Translations under genes and position numbers: made by a program
Notes under the pieces: generated by a model
Seen by the model: only the letters and a program-made list of their open reading frames with translations
Database searches by the model: none
Told to the model about the DNA's origin: nothing
Origin: Alphaproteobacteria bacterium
GTDB taxonomy: Bacteria; Pseudomonadota; Alphaproteobacteria; UBA828
Direction: 5' to 3'
Length of the DNA: 64,000 bases
NCBI GenBank assembly: GCA_965237415.1
Contig: CBDEFM010000002.1
Location: 640,001-704,000, forward strand
In this document: in pieces, positions 38,162-46,419 of the stretch
How positions within the stretch are numbered: position 1 is the stretch's first letter
Layout of the letters: each line of letters starts with the position of its first letter

Positions 38162-39127
38162 TTATTCCAGGGCTTTGGGATTGATTACAAAGGAAGAATC
38201 GAGCCGGCCGTCGAGCGCATCGAGCACGTTCTGCGCACATCGTGTTGCCATGCGGATAAATGCACCGCGGGACGAACCCCCCATATGCGGCATGAGTACG
38301 GTGGCCGGATGATGCAATAACGGATCGTCGAGTCGCGGCGGTTCTTCATCGAAAACGTCGAGGCCCGCGCCGGCCAGATGCCCCGATTCGAGCGCCTCAT
38401 GGAGGGCCGTGCCGTCGACGATGGGCCCCCTGGCAGCGTTGACGAGGATCGCACCCGGTTTCATCAATCCGAGTGCTGTCCGGTCGATCAAATGGCGCGT
38501 TTCGTCGTTCAGCGGCACGTGCACGCTGACATAGTCCGCCCTCGGCAACGCCTCGGCGAGACTCGCGACGGGCGTGCAGCCGGCATCGACGATGACCTGT
38601 TGCGGAATGTAAGGGTCGCAGCATTCGACCGTCATCTCGAAGGCACGGCAGCGCGCCGCGACTCGCCGCCCGATGCGCCCGAAGCCGATAATCAGCACGG
38701 TGCGCCCGTAGAGTTCGAGATGATCGGCGGCTTCGCGCACGAGAAAGTCGCCGCGTCGCACCGATTCGTCGTAGTGGCGGCTCTTCTTTGCCGCCGCAAG
38801 CATGAAGAAGAGAGTGAGCTCGGCGACCGTGACGGCGTTGGCATCGCCGACCGTAGCGACGGGGATCTTCAACGCAGTCGCCCTTTCAAGGTCGATATTG
38901 TCGCAGCCGACGCCGTGCCGCGCGATCACCTTGAGCCGGGTCGATGCCGCGAGAGCCTCGGCGCCGAGCGGCAGATAGCGCAAGATGAGGCCGTCGGCGT
39001 CCGCAATCTCGCGGCGCAGGCTCTCCTCGTCATCCCGCGCCACCGCGCAGATGTCCAGGTCGGTGCGGCGTGCAAGAAGATCGAGTCCCGCCTCGTCGAT
39101 CGCATCGTGTATGATTACCTTCGGCAT
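38162..39127 (-). CDS. D-isomer-specific 2-hydroxyacid dehydrogenase (SerA-like, no ACT domain)
   Basis: RHGVG.DNID, GFGRIG, HVPL..ET, NAARG, GLDVF..EP, PHMGG. Confidence 0.9.
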   Translation of the reverse strand: MPKVIIHDAIDEAGLDLLARRTDLDICAVARDDEESLRREIADADGLILRYLPLGAEALAASTRLKVIARHGVGCDNIDLERATALKIPVATVGDANAVTVAELTLFFMLAAAKKSRHYDESVRRGDFLVREAADHLELYGRTVLIIGFGRIGRRVAARCRAFEMTVECCDPYIPQQVIVDAGCTPVASLAEALPRADYVSVHVPLNDETRHLIDRTALGLMKPGAILVNAARGPIVDGTALHEALESGHLAGAGLDVFDEEPPRLDDPLLHHPATVLMPHMGGSSRGAFIRMATRCAQNVLDALDGRLDSSFVINPKALE

Positions 39128-39207
39128 GGTGGTCCCGCTGCTCGCGATCGAACGCGGCGGCCGGCGGAGCTTGCCGTCACCAACCGAACGGTACGAGGTC
39201 CCGAGCG

Positions 39208-40611
39208 ATGGCGCTTAACTCCCCCGAGGCGCGCGATCTCGCGCATCATCTTCATTCCTTCACCCATCTTCCCAGCCTGGAGCGGGATGGTCCGCTCGTG
39301 CTGGAGCGAGGCGAAGGTATCTATGTCCACGATATCCATGGCAAGCGCTATCTCGAAAGCGTGTCCGGCCTGTGGAACATCGTCGCAGGCTTCAGCGAGC
39401 CTCGGCTGGTGCGGGCAGCCCATGAGGCGATGCAGCAGATGCCGGCCTATCACACCTTCTTCGGGCGCACCGCCCTACCCCCGATCGCGCTCGCCGAAAA
39501 GCTGGTCGAAATCGCGCCGATGGAGGTGTCGCGGGTCTATTTCGTCAATTCGGGGTCGGAGGCCAACGACAGCACGATCAAGATGCTGTGGATGATGGCG
39601 AGAGGCGCCGGCGAGCCTGAGCGGCGCAAGCTCATCTCGCGCCACATGGCCTATCACGGCACGACCGTCGCCTCGTGCAGCCTCAACGGCAAGCCCTATA
39701 TCGGCGCCTTCGGGCTGCCAATGCCGGAGGTGCGCTTTGTCGAGGCGCCTCACTACTGGCGCAACGCCCATCCCGGCGAGAGCGAGGAGGCCTACGCCAA
39801 CCGCCTCGCGGGCGAGCTGGAGCGGCTGATCGAGGCCGAAGGCGCCGAGACATTCGCCGGTTTCTTCGCCGAGCCTGTAATGGGCGCCGGCGGTGCGGTG
39901 CCGCCGCCAGCCGGTTACTTCCCGAAGATTCAGGCGGTGCTCAACCGCCACGGGATCCCCATGGTCGCCGACGAGGTGGTCACCGGTCTCGGCCGCACCG
40001 GGAACCTGTGGGGCGCCGAGACCTATGACTTCACGCCCGACATCGTGGTGACATCGAAGGCGCTCACTTCCGGCTACCAAGCGATGGCGGCGGTGCTGCT
40101 TTCGCCGGAGATGGATCGGAGGCTGCACCGGGCGGCGGAGGAATTCGACGAGTTTCCCCACGGCTTCACGACCGGCGGCAGTCCGGTCGCGGCAGCGGTC
40201 GCACTGGAAACCATCGCGCTGATAACCGAGCCCGGTGGCCTGCTCGACAACGTCAGGGCAGTGGCGCCCACCCTTGAATCGGCGCTGCAGGACTTCGAGG
40301 ACCACCCCCTCGTCGGCGAGGTGCGGCACGTGGGCCTCCTTGGCGCGCTCGAAATCGTGGCAGACAGGGCCGGCAAGCAACCCTTCGCGCCGGAGCATGA
40401 GATCGGCGAGCGTATCGTGCAGGCGGCCTCCGCGCGCGGGCTCATCACGAGGCCGATCGGCGATGCCGTCATCGTCGCCCCGCCCTTCATGATCACCCGC
40501 GAGCAAATCGGCGAGCTGATGGCGACCCTCCGGGAAGTGCTGGACGAGATTGCCGACACCGCCGCACGCGAGGGCATGGGTCCGGTCCCCCTCGCCGCTT
40601 CGGCGGAGTAG
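39208..40611 (+). CDS. Class III PLP aminotransferase (omega-amino acid/amine:pyruvate type)
   Basis: SGLWN..AG, SGSEAND, AYHG.T, EPVMGAGG, DEVVTG.GRTG, SKALT, HGFT. Confidence 0.9.
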   Translation: MALNSPEARDLAHHLHSFTHLPSLERDGPLVLERGEGIYVHDIHGKRYLESVSGLWNIVAGFSEPRLVRAAHEAMQQMPAYHTFFGRTALPPIALAEKLVEIAPMEVSRVYFVNSGSEANDSTIKMLWMMARGAGEPERRKLISRHMAYHGTTVASCSLNGKPYIGAFGLPMPEVRFVEAPHYWRNAHPGESEEAYANRLAGELERLIEAEGAETFAGFFAEPVMGAGGAVPPPAGYFPKIQAVLNRHGIPMVADEVVTGLGRTGNLWGAETYDFTPDIVVTSKALTSGYQAMAAVLLSPEMDRRLHRAAEEFDEFPHGFTTGGSPVAAAVALETIALITEPGGLLDNVRAVAPTLESALQDFEDHPLVGEVRHVGLLGALEIVADRAGKQPFAPEHEIGERIVQAASARGLITRPIGDAVIVAPPFMITREQIGELMATLREVLDEIADTAAREGMGPVPLAASAE

Positions 40612-40777
40612 GGATCCGGCGCCGGCGGAGCGACCGTCGGGTGCCGCCGAGAGCCTTTCGAGTAGAAGATAAAGATAGGGTAATAACTATCTGATAATAA
40701 TCCAATAATACCGCGCATCGGGGGCAGCGTGGAGTGACTCATCCTGCGTCCCCCGGCGCCTCATCGGCATCCTAAAC

Positions 40778-42415
40778 TCAGAGCGCACGGGCACGCTCGC
40801 GCAGTTCGAACTTCTTGATCTTGCCTGTCGCCGTCTTCGGCAAGTCGCCGAAGACGACCGTGCGTGGCGCCTTGAATCGGGCCAGCCGCTCACGGCAATG
40901 GTCGATCAGCGCCGCCTCCGAGACCGCCTGCGCGTCAGGCTTCAGCGCGACGAAGGCGCAGGGCGATTCCCCCCACCTCTCATCGGGGCGCGCAACGACC
41001 GCCGCTTCGAGCACGGCCTCGTGGCCGTAGAGCGCGTTCTCGACCTCGATGCTCGAAATATTCTCGCCGCCGGAGATGATGATGTCCTTGGCGCGGTCGG
41101 TGATCTGGATGTAGCCGTCGGGGTGCGTCACGGCGAGGTCGCCGCTGTGGAACCAGCCGCCCCTGAAGGCGTCGTCCGTGGCGCGGGCGTCGTCGAGATA
41201 ACCCTTCATCACCGTGTTCCCGCGCAGCATGATCTCGCCCACCGTGGCGCCATCGGCCGGCACCGGCGCCAGCGTCTCCGAATCCGCCACCATTGCGCCC
41301 CGGATCGCGTGATGGCGCACGCCCTGGCGCGCCATCAGCGCAGCGCGGTCGTCGAGCGGGAGGTCCTGCCAGTCCTCCTGCGGTGCCGCCACCAAGGCCG
41401 GCCCGTAAACCTCCGTCAGGCCGTAAAGATGGGTAACGTTGAAGCCCATGGCCTCCATGGCCGCAATCACCGGCGCTGGAGGCGCCGCGCCCCCGGTGAC
41501 CACCTCGACCACATGATCGAAGCGCCGCTTATCGCTCTCGGGCGCGTTGATTAGCATGCCAAGCACAATCGGTGCGCCTGCGATGTGCGTCACCCTCTCC
41601 TCGTCGATCAGGCGAAAGACCTCCGCCGGCTCCAGCTTGCGCAGGCATACATGGGTGCCGGCCGCAGCAGTCACGGCCCAGGTGTGGGTCCAGCCGTTGC
41701 AGTGGAACATCGGAAGTGTCCAGAGATAGATCGACTCGCGGTTGAACCCGTTCATGAGCACGTTGCTGAGCGCGTTCAGGTAGGCGCCGCGGTGGTGATA
41801 CACGACCCCCTTCGGCCGGCCCGTCGTGCCTGATGTGTAGTTGAGCGAGATCGCCTGCCACTCGTCATCGGGCCAGGGCCACTCGAAATCCGACGCGCCG
41901 GCGGCGAGCAGCGCCTCGTAGCTCTCGTCGCCGAAGCCCCTCCCCTCCCCGTCGGCCTCCGCAGGATCGTCGATCGTCACCACGTGCGGCCGGCAGTCGA
42001 GCTGCGCCAACGCCTCCTCCACGACGCTCGCGAACGCGGAGTCGGCGATGAGGACGCGGGAGCGCGCGTGGTTCAGCATCCAGGCGATGGAGGCAGAGTC
42101 GAGGCGGATATTGAGCGCGTTGAGCACGGCGCCCGCCATCGGCACGCCGAAATGGGCTTCCAGCATGGCCGGCACGTTGGGTGCCATGACCGAGACCGTG
42201 TCGCCGAGGCCGACACCGCGCTCGAGGAGCGCGCTGGCCAGCCGGCGGCAACGATCGTAGGTCTCCGCGTAGCTTCGCCGCAGCGCGCCGTGCACCACGG
42301 CCGTCCGCGCCGGATAGATCTCGGCCGCCCGGGCCATGAAATCGCACGGTGTCAGCGCGGTATGGTTGGCTGGGCCCCGTTCGAGCCCGTTCTCGTAGCG
42401 GTTGCTGTCCGGCAC
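40778..42415 (-). CDS. Acyl-CoA synthetase (AMP-forming, DmdB-like)
   Basis: YTSGTTGRPKG, LPMFHCNGW, YGLTE, FHSGD, DR.KDIIISGGENISS, PKTATGK. Confidence 0.92.
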   Translation of the reverse strand: MPDSNRYENGLERGPANHTALTPCDFMARAAEIYPARTAVVHGALRRSYAETYDRCRRLASALLERGVGLGDTVSVMAPNVPAMLEAHFGVPMAGAVLNALNIRLDSASIAWMLNHARSRVLIADSAFASVVEEALAQLDCRPHVVTIDDPAEADGEGRGFGDESYEALLAAGASDFEWPWPDDEWQAISLNYTSGTTGRPKGVVYHHRGAYLNALSNVLMNGFNRESIYLWTLPMFHCNGWTHTWAVTAAAGTHVCLRKLEPAEVFRLIDEERVTHIAGAPIVLGMLINAPESDKRRFDHVVEVVTGGAAPPAPVIAAMEAMGFNVTHLYGLTEVYGPALVAAPQEDWQDLPLDDRAALMARQGVRHHAIRGAMVADSETLAPVPADGATVGEIMLRGNTVMKGYLDDARATDDAFRGGWFHSGDLAVTHPDGYIQITDRAKDIIISGGENISSIEVENALYGHEAVLEAAVVARPDERWGESPCAFVALKPDAQAVSEAALIDHCRERLARFKAPRTVVFGDLPKTATGKIKKFELRERARAL

Positions 42416-42557
42416 TTATCGATTCCCTCGGTGACGACACAGGCATGGTCGGCGCTCGCCCGACGCGGCGTCAAGAACCAGCCCGGAATTCCCGCCGCGG
42501 TCACGGTCTGCGCGGCATGCGGTCGCGCGACAGGTGGCCCGCGGCTATACTTGCACG

Positions 42558-43217
42558 ATGCAGGTCGCCATTGTCTCCGACACCATTTGTCCTTGGTGCT
42601 ATATCGGCAAGCGGCGCTTCGAGCGTGCTCGTGCTGGTCGGCCCGCCGAGCTCGCGGTCGAGTGGCGGCCGTTTCAGCTCAACCCCGACATGCCGGCCGA
42701 CGGCGTGGATCGGCAGCGCTACATGGTGGCCAAATTCGGCTCCGAAGAGCGGGTTGCCGAGATTTTCGGCGCCATCGAACAGGCCGGCGGGTCCGAGGGC
42801 ATCCAATTCGTCTTCGATCGTATCGCGCGCACACCGAATACCGTGGATTCGCACCGGCTGATTGAGTTCGCCGGGCAGCGCGGCGCGCAGGACCAGGTGG
42901 TCGAGGCGCTGTTTCGGCGGTATTTCGAGCAGGGCGAGGACATCGGCGACCGCGCCGTTCTTGAGGCTGCCGCTGTGGATGGCGGCCTCGATGAGGGCGA
43001 AGTGCGGCGCTTCCTGGCTGGCTCTGACGGGACCGAGCACGTGCGCAGGGAAAGCGAGGCCGCGAGCCGCATGGGCATATCGGGCGTGCCCTGCTTCATT
43101 TTCGAGGGCCGCTACGCAGTCTCGGGCGCGCAGCCGCCGGACGTGTTCGAGCGGGTGTTCGAGCTTGCCGCCGCTGCCGCTGAGAATTCCGCCGATTCCC
43201 CGCCCCCGGCGACGTAG
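42558..43217 (+). CDS. DsbA-family oxidoreductase (FrnE-like)
   Basis: SD.ICPWCYIG, WRPFQLNP, PNT.D.HRL, GVP.F, SGAQ. Confidence 0.92.
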   Translation: MQVAIVSDTICPWCYIGKRRFERARAGRPAELAVEWRPFQLNPDMPADGVDRQRYMVAKFGSEERVAEIFGAIEQAGGSEGIQFVFDRIARTPNTVDSHRLIEFAGQRGAQDQVVEALFRRYFEQGEDIGDRAVLEAAAVDGGLDEGEVRRFLAGSDGTEHVRRESEAASRMGISGVPCFIFEGRYAVSGAQPPDVFERVFELAAAAAENSADSPPPAT

Positions 43218-43252
43218 CCCCTTCCTCAACGCCCATCACCGCTCAGGCGCGT

Positions 43253-46200
43253 TCATTCGGCGTTCGCTTCGCCCGCCCCGAGGAACGGGAACAAGCCTCG
43301 GAGGAAGCCGGGTGCCAGGACGGAAAGCGGATTCACTGAAATATCCGGCTCCGCGGTCGTCCCGCCCACCCGGTAGGACGCCGCGAACAGCCCCTCGCCT
43401 TCGCCGCCGGTCAGCAAATTCCCCAGAATGGGTATGGCGTCGATGAGGGTATTCAGCGTGTAGGCTGGCACGATTGTGCCGCTCATGTCGACTCGGCCCG
43501 TTTCGAGATCGACGGTCCCTTCGGCATTGACGCCGAGCGCGAAGCCCGATGTCCGCCCGTCCCGGATGGTGAGAATGCCCTCTGCGATGGAGAACGGCAT
43601 GTCGAAGCGCGAGAAGGCGATACCCTTGTCTCCCTTCAGCTCGTTGAGGATGCCGGTCAGCGTCGCGATTGTAAGCAACTTCGCCAGAGTCGGCGCGTTG
43701 ATCACGCGGTAGTCTTCAATCCTGACCCTACCGGTGACGGGAGCGCCCGGCCGGTCGTCGTGCACCACCGCCTCCATCAAGAGGTCGCCGCCGCCGGCGT
43801 TGTCGTAGATGCCGAAGGTGCGGGCCACGGCGCCTGCGTCGCGCGAGCGCACGGTCACCAGCCGTTCGCCCTCGTGTGGTTCGAGGGAGACGTACATGGG
43901 CACTCCGGTGGCCAGCGTTCCCTCCATGAACCCGGCGTGTCGGCCCTTGGAGTCGGACTCGAAATGAGCGCGGAATTCCGTTAGCTGCTGATCCTCGCTC
44001 GTCAGGAGGCGCTCGACTTCGAGATCGAGCACGAGCTTGCCGAATTCCGGAGCGCCCTCGGTCGTGAGCCGACTGAGATAGGGCCGCGCATCGAGACTGG
44101 CGCCCCGGATTGAGACGTTGGTCGTGTCGGCATCGGTCTCGATCCTGCCGGAGATGTCCGTGGCTCCCTGGCGAAATTCTTCGATTGTGATCTGGCGAAC
44201 CCCTCCGGTCCCACGCGCAAGGGTGGCCTGACCGAGGCCGTAGAGTGTCTCCGTTTCGATCTCGACCCGGCTGAGCTCGACGGCGCCCTCCGGAGGAAGG
44301 CTAGCGAGAACGCGCACCGCCCCCGGCGATCCGGCGGGCTTGGCCCAGTGCAGCTCCGGGATCTCTAGCCTCGCCTGGGTCGTATCGAGCGCAAACGTCG
44401 CGCGCGGCGGCTCGCCGCCCCCCGGATCGGTGTATTCCCCGTCGACGGCGAGGCTGCCCTCAACGTAGGGCGCGAGTTCCAGGCCCAGTGCGGTCTGGCC
44501 CTCAGGCGTCACCGTCGTCGCCACGTCGAACCGCCGCGCGAATGGAGCGCCATCGCTGAAATGCTCTTGCCACGCGATCGTCGCGGGCATGCCCTCAAGC
44601 TTGGCCGTGCCGCGCAGATCCATGCTCGAATTGTTGGCGCCGAGGCGCAGTGTTCCCTCGGTCATGTCGACGACGCCGGCAATCTCCTCGATCCGGGCAT
44701 CCCGTACCCGCGCGACGGCGGTCACGTCGATCCGCCGTGTCCCGGCCGCTCCGAGCAACGCAAGATCGAGTGCGAACAGGGTGTGCACCGTGCCACCAGC
44801 CCGCGCCAGAGGCAGGTCGATCTTTTTCACCAGCCCGAGCCTCGGATGGTCCAGCAGGGCGAGGGCGTCCGACATGGGCCCCTCGGCCTCGATCATCACC
44901 GACATTCGGGGCTGCACCGTGTGAATTTCGCTCAGCATGGCGGTCCCATAAGGCGCAGCGATTCCTTCGATGCGGCCACCGCTCATCGTGATGTCGAGCG
45001 AATCGCCGGTGAAGTGTGCGATCCCGTCCACCCCCGCCACTGAGGGCATCGGCCGCAGGTAATGGATGCTGGCATCCTCGAACGCGAACGAGCCAACCGC
45101 CGACGCTTCGCTGAAGCGTTTGAATTCATAGTCGCCCGGCTCGATATCGAGAACGGCGTTGAAGTGCGTGATCACGCCGTCGGCGACATTCTGCACGATC
45201 CATTCGCGGCCGTTCGCGATGAACGTCTTCGGCCAGTACGTGCCGAGCGAATCGAACGGCATATCGCTCGCCTGGAATCGCCCCTTGAAACCGACACCGA
45301 CACTCGACCGCCAGAGTTCGCCGTCCAGGTAAAAGCTGGGGCGGTCGGTATCGACGACGAAGGACTCGAGAACGATCCGCGACAGCTCGCCGTCGATCGA
45401 GCCTGCGGCGGTGAGCCCGCGGACAGGAACCGGGGCGGGAAAGACCCCGGGCAGGGCGACCTCCCCCTCCCCGCCCGCGATGTCGAAGACGACACCACCG
45501 AGAATGCCGCCCGGAGCCACGTCGAACCCGAGCGTGCCTGAGAGTGGAACGCGGAGTCCGGCCAAATCCTCCAGGTCGGGGGCGATGAAGGCCAGTTCTG
45601 CCAGGTTCAGCCCGGCGAAGCCGATGGCGGCGCTGCCCATCTTGCTCTCCCGGTGATGGAACAGCTCGACTTCGAGATGGGTCTCCAGTTCCTGCACCTG
45701 CAATTCCATCGACAGATGACCGAGGATCGCAGCGTCGTCCAGATCGAGGGTGAGGTCGGCGTCGGGTGCCGTCCAGGTGAGATCGGCCACCTCGTCGCGC
45801 AGGACGAGGGCGGCATCGCGGAGACTGACCCGCTTTAGCTGCGACAACGGGTGATCTTCGCGCGGCGGGTCGAGCAGGTCGGCGACCAGGGCGTCGCTGG
45901 CGGCATCGTCCGTGCTGACGCCCTCTCCGCCTCCGGCGAGGTGCACGCTCCCGTCAGGCCTGCGGACGAGGCCGAAGCGCGGCTCGATCAGCTCGATCGA
46001 CGTGGGGGCGATGGTGCCGCGCAACAGGGCTGCGCCGCTCAATCCCAGCGACGCCGCGGGCACCGCCGCCAGGGTATCGCCGTTCGTGTCGGCGATACGA
46101 AGTTCGGTCAATCGGATTTCGAGTGCCTCGCCCCAGCCGACCCAGACGAGGTCGGTGTCCTCGAACTCGAAGAGATAGGGAAGATCGTCGCCTTCCAGAG

Positions 46201-46339
46201 CCTCTTGGATATAGGGAGACAGAAAGCCGAGCGAGAGGGGACCGCTCGACAACCGCCACGCGCCCAGGACGAAGAGGACGGCGAGCACGCCGAACAGAGC
46301 GCCGAGTACCTGGAGAGCGATGCGGGCCGTCGATCTCAT
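43253..46339 (-). CDS. AsmA-like / YhdP (DUF3971) envelope-bridging protein
   Basis: N-terminal TM then WRLSSGP; about 1030 aa, beta-rich; C-terminal GT.VPAY.LN..IP.LG.LL.GG.GEGLFA..Y...VNPLS.LAPG.LR; divergent from glnE. Confidence 0.85.
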   Translation of the reverse strand: MRSTARIALQVLGALFGVLAVLFVLGAWRLSSGPLSLGFLSPYIQEALEGDDLPYLFEFEDTDLVWVGWGEALEIRLTELRIADTNGDTLAAVPAASLGLSGAALLRGTIAPTSIELIEPRFGLVRRPDGSVHLAGGGEGVSTDDAASDALVADLLDPPREDHPLSQLKRVSLRDAALVLRDEVADLTWTAPDADLTLDLDDAAILGHLSMELQVQELETHLEVELFHHRESKMGSAAIGFAGLNLAELAFIAPDLEDLAGLRVPLSGTLGFDVAPGGILGGVVFDIAGGEGEVALPGVFPAPVPVRGLTAAGSIDGELSRIVLESFVVDTDRPSFYLDGELWRSSVGVGFKGRFQASDMPFDSLGTYWPKTFIANGREWIVQNVADGVITHFNAVLDIEPGDYEFKRFSEASAVGSFAFEDASIHYLRPMPSVAGVDGIAHFTGDSLDITMSGGRIEGIAAPYGTAMLSEIHTVQPRMSVMIEAEGPMSDALALLDHPRLGLVKKIDLPLARAGGTVHTLFALDLALLGAAGTRRIDVTAVARVRDARIEEIAGVVDMTEGTLRLGANNSSMDLRGTAKLEGMPATIAWQEHFSDGAPFARRFDVATTVTPEGQTALGLELAPYVEGSLAVDGEYTDPGGGEPPRATFALDTTQARLEIPELHWAKPAGSPGAVRVLASLPPEGAVELSRVEIETETLYGLGQATLARGTGGVRQITIEEFRQGATDISGRIETDADTTNVSIRGASLDARPYLSRLTTEGAPEFGKLVLDLEVERLLTSEDQQLTEFRAHFESDSKGRHAGFMEGTLATGVPMYVSLEPHEGERLVTVRSRDAGAVARTFGIYDNAGGGDLLMEAVVHDDRPGAPVTGRVRIEDYRVINAPTLAKLLTIATLTGILNELKGDKGIAFSRFDMPFSIAEGILTIRDGRTSGFALGVNAEGTVDLETGRVDMSGTIVPAYTLNTLIDAIPILGNLLTGGEGEGLFAASYRVGGTTAEPDISVNPLSVLAPGFLRGLFPFLGAGEANAE

Positions 46340-46419
46340 GTCGATCAACCGGAGACGGCTCCCCCTCCGCTCCCTTTGCCTATTCTTCGCGTCAATCCTT
46401 GTAATACAATCGGCGCGCG

